Part shown: piece after piece, positions 24,801-39,800 of the stretch | Layout: each line of letters opens with the position of its first letter | Position numbering within the stretch: position 1 is the first letter of the stretch | Assembly (NCBI GenBank): GCA_964252035.1 | Contig: OZ176206.1 | Strand: one strand, 5' to 3' | Source of the DNA: Podarcis erhardii | Taxonomy: Eukaryota | Length of the DNA: 64,000 nucleotides | Made by a program: the position numbers and the translations under genes | Notes under the pieces: model-generated | What the model was told of the DNA's origin: nothing | Database searches by the model: none | The model's input: only the letters and a program-made list of their open reading frames with translations

Positions 24801-27800
24801 TTTGGACTAAATGTGGGTTGAATATTAATAGTAATAATCCTACCAATTTCCACTCTCCGTTTCCCATCCTCCATAAAAAATGACAACCCCCCCCGCAAAA
24901 AAACCCACACAAATTTCTAGCCCTTGTGTTCCATGAAGGGTCCTGCTTGCCAGTTTCCTACAGGCATCGGGTCATTGGCCTGATCCAACAGGACTCTTCC
25001 TATGTCCCATTTTGTGCAAATAAGCAATTTGCATACATTTGAAGTGTGCAAACTTTTCTGGATACATAATTTAATTTTCTGGTTGCAGGATTTTGATTTT
25101 TTTGAGTGTTTGTGCAGCATATACATAGGCCTCTATAGTGCTTTTATAACACTAATCTAAACTAAGTGTGAATATGCAGGCATGAGGGTTCCCAGAGATG
25201 AGGTCGCAGCTTTGCTCCTCTTCTAGCCTTGCTGCTGCCCTGCTACCTTGAGCTAAACCATGGTTTGGCTTAGCATGTTGTCTGAACCCAAGCTTGTAGT
25301 TTGTCTCCCCCTGGCAGACTGTGAGCTAGAAACCCACTTAGTTGCAACTTGTGCTATGGAGTGAGACAAATCGTAAGCCTGGGTCCAGACAACATGCAAA
25401 GCCAAATCATAGCTTATTTTTGCTGCAGCAGCTAGGAAAAGTCACCTGGGGTGGAAACAGAAGGCTGAGAGGATGGGCAGGGAAGCAGTCCATTAGGAAT
25501 GTCCTTGTTGTTGTGGCATGAAAAGAAGCAGGCCTTGCTTGGTGTGCACTTGTGGAGCGCATGTGAGTGAGTTTGCCTGCTCGCTTGGCACGTGCTGGAG
25601 CTGAGTCAGAGGAATCGGCTGCCTGCCTGCCTACCTGCCCACACAGTTGTTGCTTAACACACAACATTTCAAAATGATCCGTAATGCAAATGAAGTTCCC
25701 TCCCTGAAGAAGCATTTAAGTAAAGATCTTGAGGAATGCTTCAAGCAGGTTAGAGCATCTTGCATGCTCAGTCTATTATGGAAGGCAAAAACTGGCTGTT
25801 TTGGAAACCTGAGTGTGTATTTGTCTGTCTGTTCCTTCCTGACTCCTTTTCCCTGTCCTTTCTTGGTGGTTGGCTTCAGAGATATCCTGCACCAGCAGGG
25901 TTTGGCTATGTGGGCAGAATCCAGTTGGATTTACATTAAAAATAGGAAGTTGCCTTATACTCAGTCAAATCCATTTGTCCAGCTAGCTTAGTACTGTCTA
26001 CCCTGACTTCCAGTGGCTCTCCAGAGTTTCAGAGAGGAGTCTTTCATATCCCATCCTGGAGAAGCCAGCGGGGATAGAACCTTTGGACCTTCTGTGGACA
26101 AATTGGTTGCTATCCCACTGAACTATGAGCCATTCCTCTAATTTGTAAACTCCATTGAAATGAATGAGACCTGTGCAGAGGTGCTTTTTGAGGAAGTGGG
26201 TCCTTGGCACAAGGGCCTGGAGTGGAGGCCAGATGTCACACCACACCAGCAGACAGCAGGCCTATAGCCGCAGACTTTGGAGAGGGACTGTGTGTGTGTG
26301 TGTGTGTGTGTTTGGTGCCAGGGCTGCACTTCTTGCCCTGCTTGGCTCTGAAAGCTTGCTCCCTGCGAGTCTTCATTTGGATCTGGCTGAGATGTACACA
26401 AATTGTGTTTAATTGAGTTGTTGGCAGCTTTGCTATCAATAAAAGATGCCCCTTAATGTTATTCATTGAAGGATATTGCTGAGTCAGAAAGATCTGAGGT
26501 AATTTTTAAAAATCAAAATAGCTGTAAACCTTCCCTTTTCTTGTTGAAAGGCAGCTTGTCCCAGGCCCTTTCCTCTTCCCCTTCCACTTCTGGAGGTGGG
26601 CTTGAAAACAAAGAATGGGGAGAAAACTCCTTTCTGGTCCATGCTTCTTTAGCATTCTGGAGGAGGGTAACATGGTGTGTCCTGGTCTGCAGTGGTATGG
26701 AGTACCAATAACAGCAGAAATGTCTCTGAGACAGAAGCTGCAGAACATCAAGATGGTTTGTCACCAAGGTTGGCTGCCCCAGACCTCTAGCAACTGCTGT
26801 TTGCATTCCATGCAGCAGGATGTGTACACTAGGGGAAAGAAGTAGTTATGACATAATAATGGGTGGTGCTCAGCTTCTTTTAGTCTCTCAAGGCCAAACT
26901 ACTGTAACACACTCTATATTGGGCATCCCTAGATGGTGATATATTCAGAAGCTTCACTTGGCAAAAACACACAGCAGCCCACCTTCTCCGTTACAGCAAA
27001 GAATGAATTACATCAGTTCTCCAGCATCTATCTTAGCTCCTTATTGTCTTCTGGTCACAATGTAAGGTGTGGCTCTTGACCAAGAAAACTCTTAGGCTTT
27101 GTTTCTAATTACCTCCGAGGCTGCCTTCTCTCCTCCCTACGCTTGCCACAGGGAAGATCAGTTGAGAGTGCCGCCTCGGCTGTGCCATTTGCATGCCACG
27201 TTTGACAAGTAAGGTGTTGAGAGAACCTTTTTTCCTGGTAGCTGCTTCTTGAGGCAAGATGAGATGTCAGGAGATCTGATAGCAGCTTTTTGCCAGTTGT
27301 TGTTGAGATTTTTTGTGCATGATGGTGGGGCAATTGTTTCAGGTCAATGCAGACATAGAGCCTCACAAATTGGATAAATGGGGATTAGCACTTGGACAGG
27401 AGACATTTAACCCTTTCCTTCTGTGCTGTTTTTCCAATCTAAATTGCCTCCCCAACCCTGAAGCTGCTTTTATCCTAGGCACCTATATCCCCCTACAGGA
27501 CAGCTTCAGTTAGGGGGCATTTAGATCAGGAAAATGGTGCAGTCAGATTAGAAACCTGCCCATCTTGAATTTGGTCCTGTGTTGTTTCTCTAGGTCTCAG
27601 CTGGTATATTTCCCATGGGAGCTGTTACTACCCTCCCCTCTTTGGGTTGATGTTCAATGGCTATGAATAAGCAGGTGTGTGGAGTAGTGGCTTTTAAACA
27701 CACTATAATTGGTTATTTTTGTGTTTATTATATTTGCTTTATTTTTAACTGTTGCAGTTTAATAAATAAACTAATTTTCTCTGAATTTATTTGGCAACAG

Positions 27801-30800
27801 TGACACGGGTCTCTGTGTGCATCTGCGACAGCATGGGCTGTAGTTTGCACAGTGAAAGTGAAGGCAGGCAAGCAAACCTGCCAAACCAACCCTTCCTTCT
27901 TCTCCTATGCAAAAGAGGCCTTAAGAGGAAAAAGCAACACTTTTATAACCCAAGCTTCACAGCCAAATACCCAACACAAAGTTGGTGATAGACCTATTCT
28001 TCTAGCATCACTTTTTCTTTTACAGAAGCCTCATTGAAATGGGTAGAAGAATTCAGCAGAGGAGGTGACCAAGTTAGGCTGGTGCCAGCTGGTCATGGAT
28101 CTATCTGGGAAGAAGGCTCAGCAGTGGTCACACACCAAGAATATCCCTTTGTTCCATCTGGTGGAAGTCAACAAACTGTCCCCACTTCCATGAAGGATGT
28201 AAACTGGGAGGTGCTTAGGAGTGGAGTTGCCTGCCTGCCAGGTAATAAGCATGGCTCTTCATAGACTGTTGCTGAAATTATTTTGCCTTTGCAAAAAGGC
28301 AGCAGGTGGAGAAGGGTTGTGTGTGTGCCTGAGTGAAGCTTAATGTTTACTTTATAGACCAGATCATTCTATGCTGCTCCTTTGGCTTGTAGTGCTTACA
28401 GCAGACACGAAACATTGCCCATCTCAAGTTGAAAGAAGCAAGACTACCTTCACTGATGGGGCTGCTATGAGCTGCTCACTGCCTTTGCCTGAGGACCAAT
28501 GTGACTTGACACAGCAGGTTTCCCAAAGCATGGTTGCTGACTGTCAAACCCTTTCCCACATTGGTGCTGTAGCCTCTCCAACACATGCTGAGATCGCTTG
28601 CTTGTTTTGAAGATGTGGGGGGAAATGGAGCTTTCAGAAGACCATTCCAATGCTTGAGTATGGTCTTCATTGACAGCACTCTGTTCATTGTATGTCCACA
28701 GGTGCCAAATTCTGCCCTAATGACCTAATTACTGGTATGCAGGTTTGCATTTGTCCTTGTTAACAAATTCTGCTTCTAGGATACAGGTTTTCAAAATGTG
28801 TTTGTTTTTTGGTATTCATTCATTCTTCTGTTCATTCATTGAATATTTAGTGAAAGTCCATTTCTCTGTTGCAGTCGTGAGTGGGTCTTCAGTGAATGAG
28901 TGGATATGGTTTTGCATGCTTAAGACTCCTTTTTAAAGGTGGGGATGAGAAAAGCCAACTGAGGCTTGAGGCTTACAATAGCAGCTGCTAGACTGGGTGG
29001 CCCTTGCTGGGCTGGAGGCAACAGGTGAAGGCAGGTTCTTGTATTGGTTTTATTTATGTTATGTTAAATAACCATGTATTTGTTTAAGCCAATCGGTGCC
29101 TTAGGGTGGCAGAATATATACCGTATATTTTAAAATATATTAAAGAGTGATTGAAAAGTAATAGCAGGAGGTAAGAACAATTTGGAGGTTTGAGGGGAAA
29201 TTCTGTTAATGATTTACTTCAGCTGTTTTTATGTTTTTATTGTTATTTTTTTGCATTTTATTGTAGTTAGCTTTCTTGAGCAACATTTGGTAGAAAGGCA
29301 AGAGACAGATGTAACTAACTAACTGGATAATAAACCAGTAGTCCATTTCTTCGGTCTTTGGGCTCTAGTCTTAAGCACTAGGTGGTAGTACTACTAGTAG
29401 TTTTCAAATGGTGTTCCACATACTGCATTTGCCTGGAAATCCTGCAAATAAAAGCACCCAACCCAAGTAAAAGAAGGAGAGAACTGTGAACTGCCTTTTT
29501 TTAAAGCAAGCGTCTTTCACACTTTCATCCTTCTACCTCACAAAGTCAGGTTAGTCTTGTTTAGAAGAGAGCCCAGGGAATCTTCTGTGTTGGGGTTCCA
29601 ACAGAGACTTCCTTTTGGATCAAAGGCCCAAGGTGAAACCCCCTAGGTGTTTTGTCCACTAAAAGGATTAGGAGCCACAGGTTATCTCGTTAGAATAAAG
29701 TCTGTGTGTCTGCCTGCATTTTACCTGTCCAGGCGAATGGCCAATGGCCAACATTTCCCAAGGGCTTCCTGTGCGTGGAAAGAGCATAACTGTAATTCCT
29801 GCCCCGTAGCCAGATTTAACCAAATCATCCTTATTCACAGGCACCAGAGACAAGTATGGACATGCCGTGGTCATCATCACAATGAGGAATACAATTTGGC
29901 TAAACCCACACTGCAATGCTAGTGAGCTGATGCGCCTCCTCCTGTACTTACGGAGTGTCCTCAGGTTTGTGGGATGACTGAGGAAGGGAAGAAGGAGAGA
30001 GTGACTAGAGCAGGAAGAAATACTGCTGTGCAATATATGTATCACACCAGTAGGCCTTCTAGTGTTTCCCGTTATGCAGGCTGCATTTCTTCTCCATGTG
30101 TGCTGTTTGCAGAGATACTGTGCTTTTGAAAATCAGGAGGCATCGGGGCCATCAAGCCCTGAGTACAGCAACTTAGTTAACCTTCAAGATGGAAGTACGG
30201 TTCTTCTTGTTGTTTTGCTAAAATTGCACTGTGGCCTACTTTACTGGTTAGTTGAGAGGATAAAAAATGATAAAGTGCTTTGTCAAATTTTAAATGGCAT
30301 TACAAAAAGTAGTAAGCTGCAAGGGACTGTTCAAATGAGAACATAGTATGTAAAGCCTATACAGTACATAGTACAGGAGCATGGATGACACTGTGCCTGG
30401 ACAGCCCACCCAGGCAAGCCTGTCCCAGCAGAAACTCACACACTGGATTTGCCAAAGACTTGCATGTAGAGTCTAATGTGCACAGGCCAGAAAATCCTGG
30501 TTGTGTCCCAGATTCTTTTTTCTTTGATTTTTAGACTTACTTATTTTTATATTACTTCAGACCTTGCCTAAGCACTACCCTCAGGCCAGGGGTTGACAGG
30601 CTAGAAATCTTCTTTATTACATTAATTGCCTCATTTCCTCCCAAGGAACTCAAGGTTGCACTCATGATTCTCCATTTCCCCATAGGGAAGTTTTTAACAT
30701 TTTATTATGCTTTTATATGTTCTGGAAGTCGCCCAGAGTGGCTGGGGAAACCCAACCAGATGGGTAGGGTATATTATTATTGTTGTTNNNNNNNNNNNNN

Positions 30801-33800
30801 NNNNNNNNNNNNNNNNNNNNNNNNNNNNNNNNNNNNNNNNNNNNNNNNNNNNNNNNNNNNNNNNNNNNNNNNNNNNNNNNNNNNNNNNNNNNNNNNNNNN
30901 NNNNNNNNNNNNNNNNNNNNAGGTGACAAGACAGTAAGGTTAAAGGTTTCACTGCTTCAAGGTTCAACAGTGGAAATTTAATCCTGATCTCCCAGGTCTT
31001 AGCCCAGTTAATATCTCTCCACCTTATTCCATATTTTGGGGGAAATGTGTAGAAGTGAAGAAGTTGGGGAAGGGGAATACTTCCCCCCCATAGGTCTGAA
31101 AATTTATCGGACCCCTTAGTAGCACCTTTAAAGTTAACCAATTCAGGCTGCAATCCTGTACATACTTATCAAGGAGCAAATCTCATGGAGTAGACAGTAC
31201 ATATTAGTATGATCCTTGGCTTGCTGTTGTCCACTAGACACAGAAAACTATGTTGGTCTGTTCCAGAGATTTATGCTGGGTGGGGTTTTGTAAATAATAA
31301 TAATAATCATAATAATATTGATGTGCTAAGTTAAATTTTAAATTCTAAGGTTCCTTAGAATTACAATAATTTACTATTACAATCCATGTTTAATGACATT
31401 TAATTAAATGTACTTTTATTTATTTCTTTAAATGTGCAGTTAATTAAAACGAAGATTAGAAATGCCCTTATGCATGATTTTAAAGTGCCCTTTTGCGGTA
31501 TTTCTCTCCCCCCCCCCCCATGAACATTCCTTAAATAAAATCCTGAGGACCAATGTGGATAGTCAGCTGCAATTCCACTGATATCGTGGAAGAGAAGGGC
31601 AGTAATTGGGTAGTGCCAGGTTCCACCTGTAAGCACCCTTGGTGGTATAAGAAATAGGGCCAGTGGGTTGAGGGCTGCTGTTGCTGAGAGGCTATTGTCT
31701 AGAGTTGGGCACTCTAGAATAGCTTGTATGGATCCTCAGCAATGAAGTCTTCTCTTCTTTTTGACTTCCAGGCCCGAGTGCCAGGCTTTGGGCCTAACTA
31801 TCCTGGCAGATGCCCGTCGATGCTCTCCAGTCCCAGCTCTCTTTAAAGCTTTAGCTGTTCTGCAGGTGAGGCCTTTGCTACCAACTCCTTTGTCTTTTCC
31901 TCTTCCTTCCAACCCCAAAGAGTGACCAGAGGAACCCGGTTAGAACAAGCAGGTGGCAGCGCCCATCAGGCCATCAAATTTGTCTCTTTCACTTTAAAAA
32001 AAGGAATGGCTTGTAGGAAGGCAGAGCAAAGTCTGTGCAAAGCAAACAGTCAAGAAAAGATCCTTGCCCAGCTGCTCATAAGACCAGACGAGACTTTGGA
32101 CCAGAGCCAAAGCCAACAGCAGGGGCTCCTCCAATCTCTGTTTCTGCTCTTTCAGGATGCTGTCCCTCGCTGCATCCACGGGGCCCTGTTGCTTGTTGAG
32201 AAAGATATCAGTTTTCGATTGGAAAAACCAGCTTCTATACAGGTATGAGTGGTATTGACACACCTTTTTCATCTCTGAGCACTTCACTCTTTTACTCTCA
32301 GGCTTGTTTGCCTCTGCAATTCTTTGTTGCAAAATTCTGGGTAGTCTTATCTAGCACAGAGTTTGAATGTAGAGGAATTTCAACTTCCTTTTATTTTCCG
32401 TTATTTAGCTTCCAAGCTCAGTTGCAGGGAGACTTTAGAAAACGTGTTGGATGGGCCTGTCCTGTGTGTCATTCCAGGTTGCATGGACTGGCACACTGTG
32501 ACTTTATATTTTTAACAAACCTGCTTCAATGACTACCTTTTATTTGGAGAGGTCTTTAACACTACACCACTCAAATCAAAGGAACTGCTGGGGGGTACAG
32601 TCCACTTTTCTGTAAAAATGTTTTTTTTTTAGATATTTAGATAAATGTAGATATTTATCTGCTGCCTCCCAGTGAGAAGAAAAAGAGCCATTCTGAATTT
32701 CCCAAAATGCAAAAAGCACATCAGAACAGGGCTTTATAGGAAAAACAAAAAGGCTGCTCTGATTCTCTCTCTTCCCTTCCCACAAATTAATTTCACATTA
32801 GCTCCAAAATACTGCTGAGACAAAACAGCTTATTTCAAAGCTGGTAAAGAATCTCAAAAATTGTCCTTTTGGTCTAGCTGCAGCATTGACATTTGTTCCT
32901 CTGTGGCCTCTTGCAGTCCTCCAAATATAAAAGGTTTTCTCCAGCTACATTCAACTCAGAACAGACCCATTGAAATTAATGGATTTAAGTTAGTTGTGTC
33001 TGTTAATTTTAATTGGTTTACTCTGTGTAATACTTAGTTGGTGGCAACCAAAAGTTCAGAAAAAAGCTTGCAATCATAGTTTTTGTTTGTATGGATTATT
33101 TTGGGTGAATGTCAACTTGCTCCAGATCTGAACATATTTGTTTCAAATTACAAAAGTGTTTTGTGCCCAGTCACTTTTCATGACTTTTCCCTCATTTAGG
33201 ATGACAACCTGACTCTTTTGTGCATGATTTAGATTTCACATGACTTGAGCATGTGTAAAGGAACCAGCCTCTCAGGCTGAGAGAGCAAACCTGACAAGCA
33301 GAAGGCATCAACATGCCAATATGTCAGCTGAAAGGGAAGACAGCAATTAAACTAGGCGAGGAGGCTGGGGAAGGCGGGGAGATGTTCTCAGTGCTAGAGG
33401 AGAAATGGCTTAAGCCTTAAGCCAAGGAGGCTCTGGAAAGAAGGGAGAGCAGCAGAAGACACCAGACAAGTACAGGTACCTCAGAAGTCAAACAGAATCA
33501 GTTTTGGAAGTCCGTTCAACTTCCAAAACGTTCAGAAACCAAGGTGCAGCTTCTGATTAGCTGTAGAAAGCTTCTGCAGCCAATTGGAAGCTGTAGAACC
33601 CACGTTGGATGTTTGGGTGCCAAAGAACGTTTGCAAACCGGAACACTCACTTCTGGGTTTGTGGTGTTCAGGACCCAAAACGTTCGACTCGCAAGGCGTT
33701 CGACTTCCGAAGTACGATTGTATTATCAATTGGACCAGATAAGGAATGCTTTGCCATCACCAGGGGAAACCTGAGGGCATTGCTTCCCTTTTGTAACTCA

Positions 33801-36800
33801 TGCCTGACCCTGGGTAGCTCCTCTAGTGCTGCTCTGCTGAGCTGCCACCAACCAACTGGTCAACCAACTGAGTTTCTGTTGTTGGGGGTTGGGCTGTGGC
33901 AGCCACCCTTCACCCGCCTTGCTTTGTTAGTCTGTGTTCACTCCATGCACTTCTCCTTCATCCAAGGAAAATCTCAGGCTCTCACCAGGAGGGTCTATAC
34001 ATCCCTTGGCTCTTGGGACAAGTTTTTAACCCATGGTGACTAAGAATCACTCTGATCCTCCCTATCCCCTACTGCTGACCAAAGATAGAGGCAGAACATA
34101 GCCATCATGGCGGGTAGCCCTTGATAGCTTTCCCCTCTTCTGTGAGCTTGTCGTACCTCCTTTATAAAGGTAGCCAAGTTGTTGATCTTCACTGCCTTTT
34201 GTGGGAGAAAATACCGCAGCTCAGCTAGGTGATGCTGTGTGAAAAAGTCCTTTCTTTTCTCTGTCCTGAACCTTCCAATATTCCTCTCGTTGTCCTAATC
34301 TCTCTCCTCTCTGAACCTCTCCTGCAAGTGCCTTATTCCAAGATGCAGCACAGCTGGGAGGTATTGGTGTGAAGGCCAGCAGGAGAGTCTGGGCCCAGTT
34401 CGCTGGCCCATTGGCCTATCTCAGGGGTCTTTGCCTCAGCTTTGCACTTGCATGTTTGTTTCTCCTCAGTGGGAACTTCTCACCTCCATGAAATCCCTCC
34501 ACAAGCACATCGAGGGGGGGCAGCTGCCCCTGGAATTTGATGGGTCCCTTCCGTATTGCCATCAGGACTGGCTGCGCTTTCGAATGGTGAGTGAGTGATG
34601 CTCACATCCAGGCCCAGTAATGCTGCTGCTTGGTGGTATAAGCAGCTTTGGCCATAGTCCAGACCAGTCTCTGGGGCCTCCCAGCATTCCCCTCCCTAAC
34701 CCAGGAGAAAACTGCTTAGTTTGGGAGCCTCAAGGAAGGAGGTGGGCTGTCAGTCAACTCTGTACTGCTTGCTGGCCTTTCAGCGCCTGGAGCACTTGCT
34801 GCATGGATGCGAAGATGCCGGCACCTTCCTCAGGGAAGCTATCCAAGCTGTGGAGTCCAGCAGCTGGCCAGAGAAAGCGGAGGTGAGTCTTCTGCTTCCC
34901 GTCTATAGAACAACCATCACTTGTTTCAAGAGTTTGAAGAGTAAGCAAGGGGAGGGGAGCACTGAGTAAATGACACAAACATTTACAATCACCCCAATGT
35001 ATCATTATTATGTTTGGCCGCCATGGCCAGAAATGAAGGTCCGCTCCAGGAAGTAAAGAGCAGTTGCCCAGAATGTATTGTGGGAAGGGAGTGGTGTGTC
35101 AGTCTTGGGCATCCCGGTGCTTCTTTCTTGCCGCAGAGAGACAGCTTGCTGGGGAGGAGACCCTGGAGTGCCTGGAGACCTGGCCAGGCCAGCAGGCTTT
35201 GCAGCACAACTACAGCAGAGAGCAGGATGTAAGGAGGCAGTGCCCTCTGCCATTCTGTGTCATCTTTTCAGTGTGAAACTTGGGTGCCTCTTGCTGTTCT
35301 GTTGGCCTCAGAGCAGCACCTACCTGTGTCAGGAAGGACGGAAAAGGACCAGTTGATCTCAGAGCAAAACGACTGGGTCTAAATCATCATAATACCTCAG
35401 CAAAGAGGGAGGATTCTCATCTTCTGTTCCCAGGTCACTTTTAGGAGCTTGTGAGGGTGGGCAATTTTCTCAGGCTGCTTTTCATACTGGTTAAGAAAAA
35501 CATTTGATTGTAAATGCCCTGAGCAGGGTCTGTGTGCTTTTCTTGGTTTCTCAGGAGGCTGATGCCTTGCTGAAGAGCTACAGGCAATTAATGAAGACTG
35601 TTCTTGATGATAGACGGCTGGTCAGGTTGCAGCTGGAAGGAGGGGCACTTCTTGCTCGCCTGAGGAAAGAAGAGTCCTGTGTTACTCTGACAGAGGACTA
35701 CAGGTGAGTCTATAGGGAAACAGAGAGTGGGGAGGGAGAGTGGCCAGGAGAAAAGCAGGAAGGATGGGTGTGCTGTGAAAGGCCCCCAAGCACACAAGAA
35801 CTGCCACTCTGCCCCCCTAGTGCATGAAGCCATAGGGGCTCTGGCAATTCAGATTCTGCCCCCAAATTAAAAATAAATGACGCCCATAAATAACAATGAC
35901 TCATATTAAATTATTTTACTATCTAATGCTTATCCAACCTTCCCTCTGAGGAGTTCAGAGTATGGTACGTGGTGTTTTATCCTCCCAACAACCCTGTGAG
36001 AAGGAGGTAGCTTAGCCTGAGAATGACTTGCCCATAGCTCTTCAGCGAGCTCCAAGGGCAAGGAGGGATGCAAGCTCTAGTCCTTTATCCACCATGTCAC
36101 ACTGTTTTGTGAGTGACATGTTTGAATGATTCAGTGATGGAATGCTTTTTGTTTATTTGCATAGAGGTGCTCCATTTGCACACTCTTCATACCACTTCCC
36201 AGACAGGCCCTAGCTCCTCCCTCTGCAGCTTCCTTGGGTGGGAGGAGAAGAGCCTCTGGCTCTGCCTGCTGGAGGTTCTCCCCCTGCCCTGGGACTCCAG
36301 GCTATGAGGAAGGGAGAGCTGCCTGTCTGCAGCACAGCAGCAGGTCTGCTGATCTGGACTCTGGAGATTTGGGCAGGGATTTGTTGTGCGCATGCACAAG
36401 TGTGAGAGGCAAAAATGTGCTGTGTTGTTCAAGTGACGGCCTGCAGAATCTAATTGCATTGAATTGCACAAGCAGAAAAATGCCCTCTTGGGGCTGGTCC
36501 ACACGTCTGCTTGTCCCATGCCTAGAAAGCATGGGTTTGAGTGGTTTTCTGCTTGTTCCGTGCTTTCTAGGCACAGGTCTGAGCACTTTTGTGTTTGCCC
36601 CATTGCTTCCCCCCGCCCCCAAAAACCACTCTTCAGTGCTAAAGCGGAATAAATAGCAACCCGTAGAAAATCCAATTGCCATTTGTTCCAATTCAGCACT
36701 AAACTGTGGGTTTTCCTGAGGGAAAGCGGGGGTGGGGGAGGAAGTGTGGATAAGCCCTTAGTCTCACATTAGTACTTTGAATACTTCTGAACTTGGGATG

Positions 36801-39800
36801 TGGCTGCACAGACCAGTCCTTCTATTGATGTGCTTTCAGATAGGGCCTCTCGCCACTAGCAGGGCTGGATCATGCCTGCTCAGGGGGACAGGGAGGAAAA
36901 ACATAGGCTTTCAGCAGTATACAGGACTAGCAAAAAAAAAAAGTTCTTGATGGATTGCCTGCTGCTTCTTGTGTCTGTAACAGTGTAATGCAAAATAGGT
37001 CTCCCCTACCCGTCTGGCTCCTGTGGGAGGATCACATGTACAGACTTGGGGGTCCCTTGTCACCCTGCCTTTATTGATTTACTCAGATTCATGACAAAGT
37101 CCTTGGCTCCTGGCTGCCTTTACCTTGCTGTTGAACCAGTTTGTTGTGTTTACCTTACCTTTCTGCCTGTTGAAAAGCTCCACTCCAGTTGCACTCAGGT
37201 CTTGTTTGCAAGATTCCCACAGGCATCTGGTTGGCCACTGTGAGAACAGGATGCTGGGCTAGATGTGCCACTGGCCTGATCCAGCAGCCTTTTCTTAAGT
37301 ATGCAAATACCAAATCAGCTCTTTGTACCAGTGCGCTTTTCCAGCAGTGCTCTGGGGAGTCTGCAGTAAGCAAGCTCCAATGACCCAAGCAATGAGCCAG
37401 GGCTTTCCTTTGGGGGTACCGTACTTTCCACTGCACTTGAACGGAAGTTCAGGGCCCTTCCATATGGAAGGTGGTTGGCTTTCCTCCAGCAATCAGAATC
37501 CAAAAGCAGGGATGGGGAATCTTCTTCAGACAGAGGGCCACATTCCCTTCTGGGCAAACTTCCAGAGGCCACATTACAGTGGTGAGTGGGACTAGAGGCA
37601 AAAGTGGACAAAGCAATGAGGGTGAATTTGTTTTACCTTTATACAGCCATCTAGTTTCTGTTCATGCATACATCATGCAGACAAAGAAAGAAGTACCGGT
37701 ATTAAATGAGTTCATTCTACTCAGGCAAAAGCAGTACTGGTGGGTGTGGCTCAGGAAGGGGCGTGGCCTGGAGAGAGTCCTGTGGGCGAGTGGGGGGCGC
37801 TGGAGGGCCACATTTGGCCCTCGGACCAGAGACTCCACATTCCTTTGCTGAAGGAGATGCCTGGAAGTGAACCAGAAGCCAAAGGCTGTAACCTTTCCTC
37901 ATAAGGGAGATGCTCCACCCTCTTGATCATTTTGAACCTTTTCACACCCTATAATATCCTTTTTGGGGTGAGGTGAATAGAAATGTACACAATCTTCCTG
38001 GTGTTGTTGCACCATAAGATTGCATAATGGGGCATTATTATGCTGGCAGTTTTAGTTCCAATCTCTTTCCTAATAATGATCCCTAGCATAGAATTAGCCC
38101 TTTGTCACGCTGTTGGCCGCACACTGGGTTGACATCTTAATCATGCTATCCACTGCAACCTTATTTATTGAATTTATTTATCGAATTTATATCCTGCCCT
38201 TCCGCCTTAAAACAGCCTTTGTTTTTAGAATCATTTAATTGTAGAGTTGAAAGGAACCCTGGGGGTCATCTAGTCCAACCTCCTGCAATGCAGGAATCTC
38301 CTGGTTAGTCACCTTCGGCTCAGACCCCAAGAGAGCTGATGAAGCCCCACTTAGCTGACAAGTAACAAGCTGTGCAGCAACAACCCTACTGCCTTCAAGA
38401 GAGTTCCAGGCCATTCTGCCAACACTTGGATCACCCCCACTTTGTATGCCTGGGCTCCCACCTGGGCTGTCCTAAGGCTGCCAGTTCCCTCTGATGCTTT
38501 TGCAAGAGTGATGGCCTAGCTCTGCCTGTTGCTTGGCTCTGACCTGGTTCAGCCTGGGAAGGTCTCCTTCCAGTCTGTGGCTTGCCTTGTAAGGGCCTGT
38601 GGCCATGCTCAGGCACTGTGGGTGGGCTCAGAAGACTCTGAAGACTAGCTTCCATGGGGCAGAGAGCTCTCCTTGCCAGGGCTAGTGGTGATAGGACAAA
38701 GGGCTTGCCCCCTGCTGGCCTGTATTTGAGACGCTGTCTTTGAAGACTGTTCCTCTTTCCGCTAAGAGTGCCTGCATTTTCCTTTTGAAATTGAGTGAGT
38801 TCAGTTTCCTTATTTCTCAAGCACCCCCACCAGCCCTTCAATGAGAGAAAGAGCCTTCAGCCTGGTAAGGAAATCTCCAAAAAGGAGTCCTGCCAAAAGC
38901 AACTTTCAGACACAGGAGTCTAAAATTACCCTGGAATCACACAAGACATTTGTTGGCACTTGCTGTTGGAACCTTCCCCCCACCCCCCTACAAAGTAACA
39001 GTGGCCAAGGAAAACAGATTCCGGTGGGGAGGGGGAGGCTCTAAACCCACTTCAAGCGTCTCCTTTTTGTTGTAGGCCTGCTTGAATCTGGTGATTTGAT
39101 CTGGAAAGTATGTGTGGGGTAACCTCCTTTACTGAGCTCAGCACAGGCGGCAAGGCATACTGGCGCTCTGCCATCCTAAACTTTTTGCCCCACTGCTCCG
39201 CTTACCAGATCCTTCTTCAAGGCTTTGAGCACAGCCTAGGGAAGGCCCCTTTCGGCTGGCTGTGACTGCTGCCTCCTGCACAGCACAGAGCAGAATTAGG
39301 CAGCCATTGGCTGTGTTTGCCCCAGATTGGGGTGAAAAGGAAAGATGAATTCATTGATTGGATGAGCTTCTGGACCAGGAAAGGTCTCTGTGCAAGCTTG
39401 CCAGTCATCTTGTCAGCAGGCATAATGGGTGGTGGGGGTGGTAGCAGTTGTGGCAGTGCAATCAAAAAAGTGTCCACACTACCTTCTCCACCTACAGTAG
39501 TTCTCAGATATTTAGATGTTTCCAGGGCAGACTGAGATGCTGCTGGGTGTGAAATGAACTTTGAGGCAGCCTGGCAAGCCATGCAGCCATTCACAAGTAG
39601 AGCTTCCTTTCCCACTCCAACAAATCCAGCCAGAAGAGAGGACACCAGCAGCTGCTTGCTGCATCCTGATCAGAAGGGAAGTGAAGCTCTTGGAGGGCAG
39701 TGGGACATTGGCATCTGTTCTCTGCCCTGCCACATGGCTGTGCAATGAGCTGGTGCCCTCCTCTGTCACCCCATCACCCTCCAATGTCCTGGAATCTTGG

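Noticed and set aside
35805-35825. CTCF-like GCACTAGGGGGGC on the minus strand
   Set aside because: An extra G and loss of the CC break the core consensus.
38431-38841. 136-aa minus-strand ORF in intron 10
   Set aside because: No homology recognised and no credible splice or promoter context.
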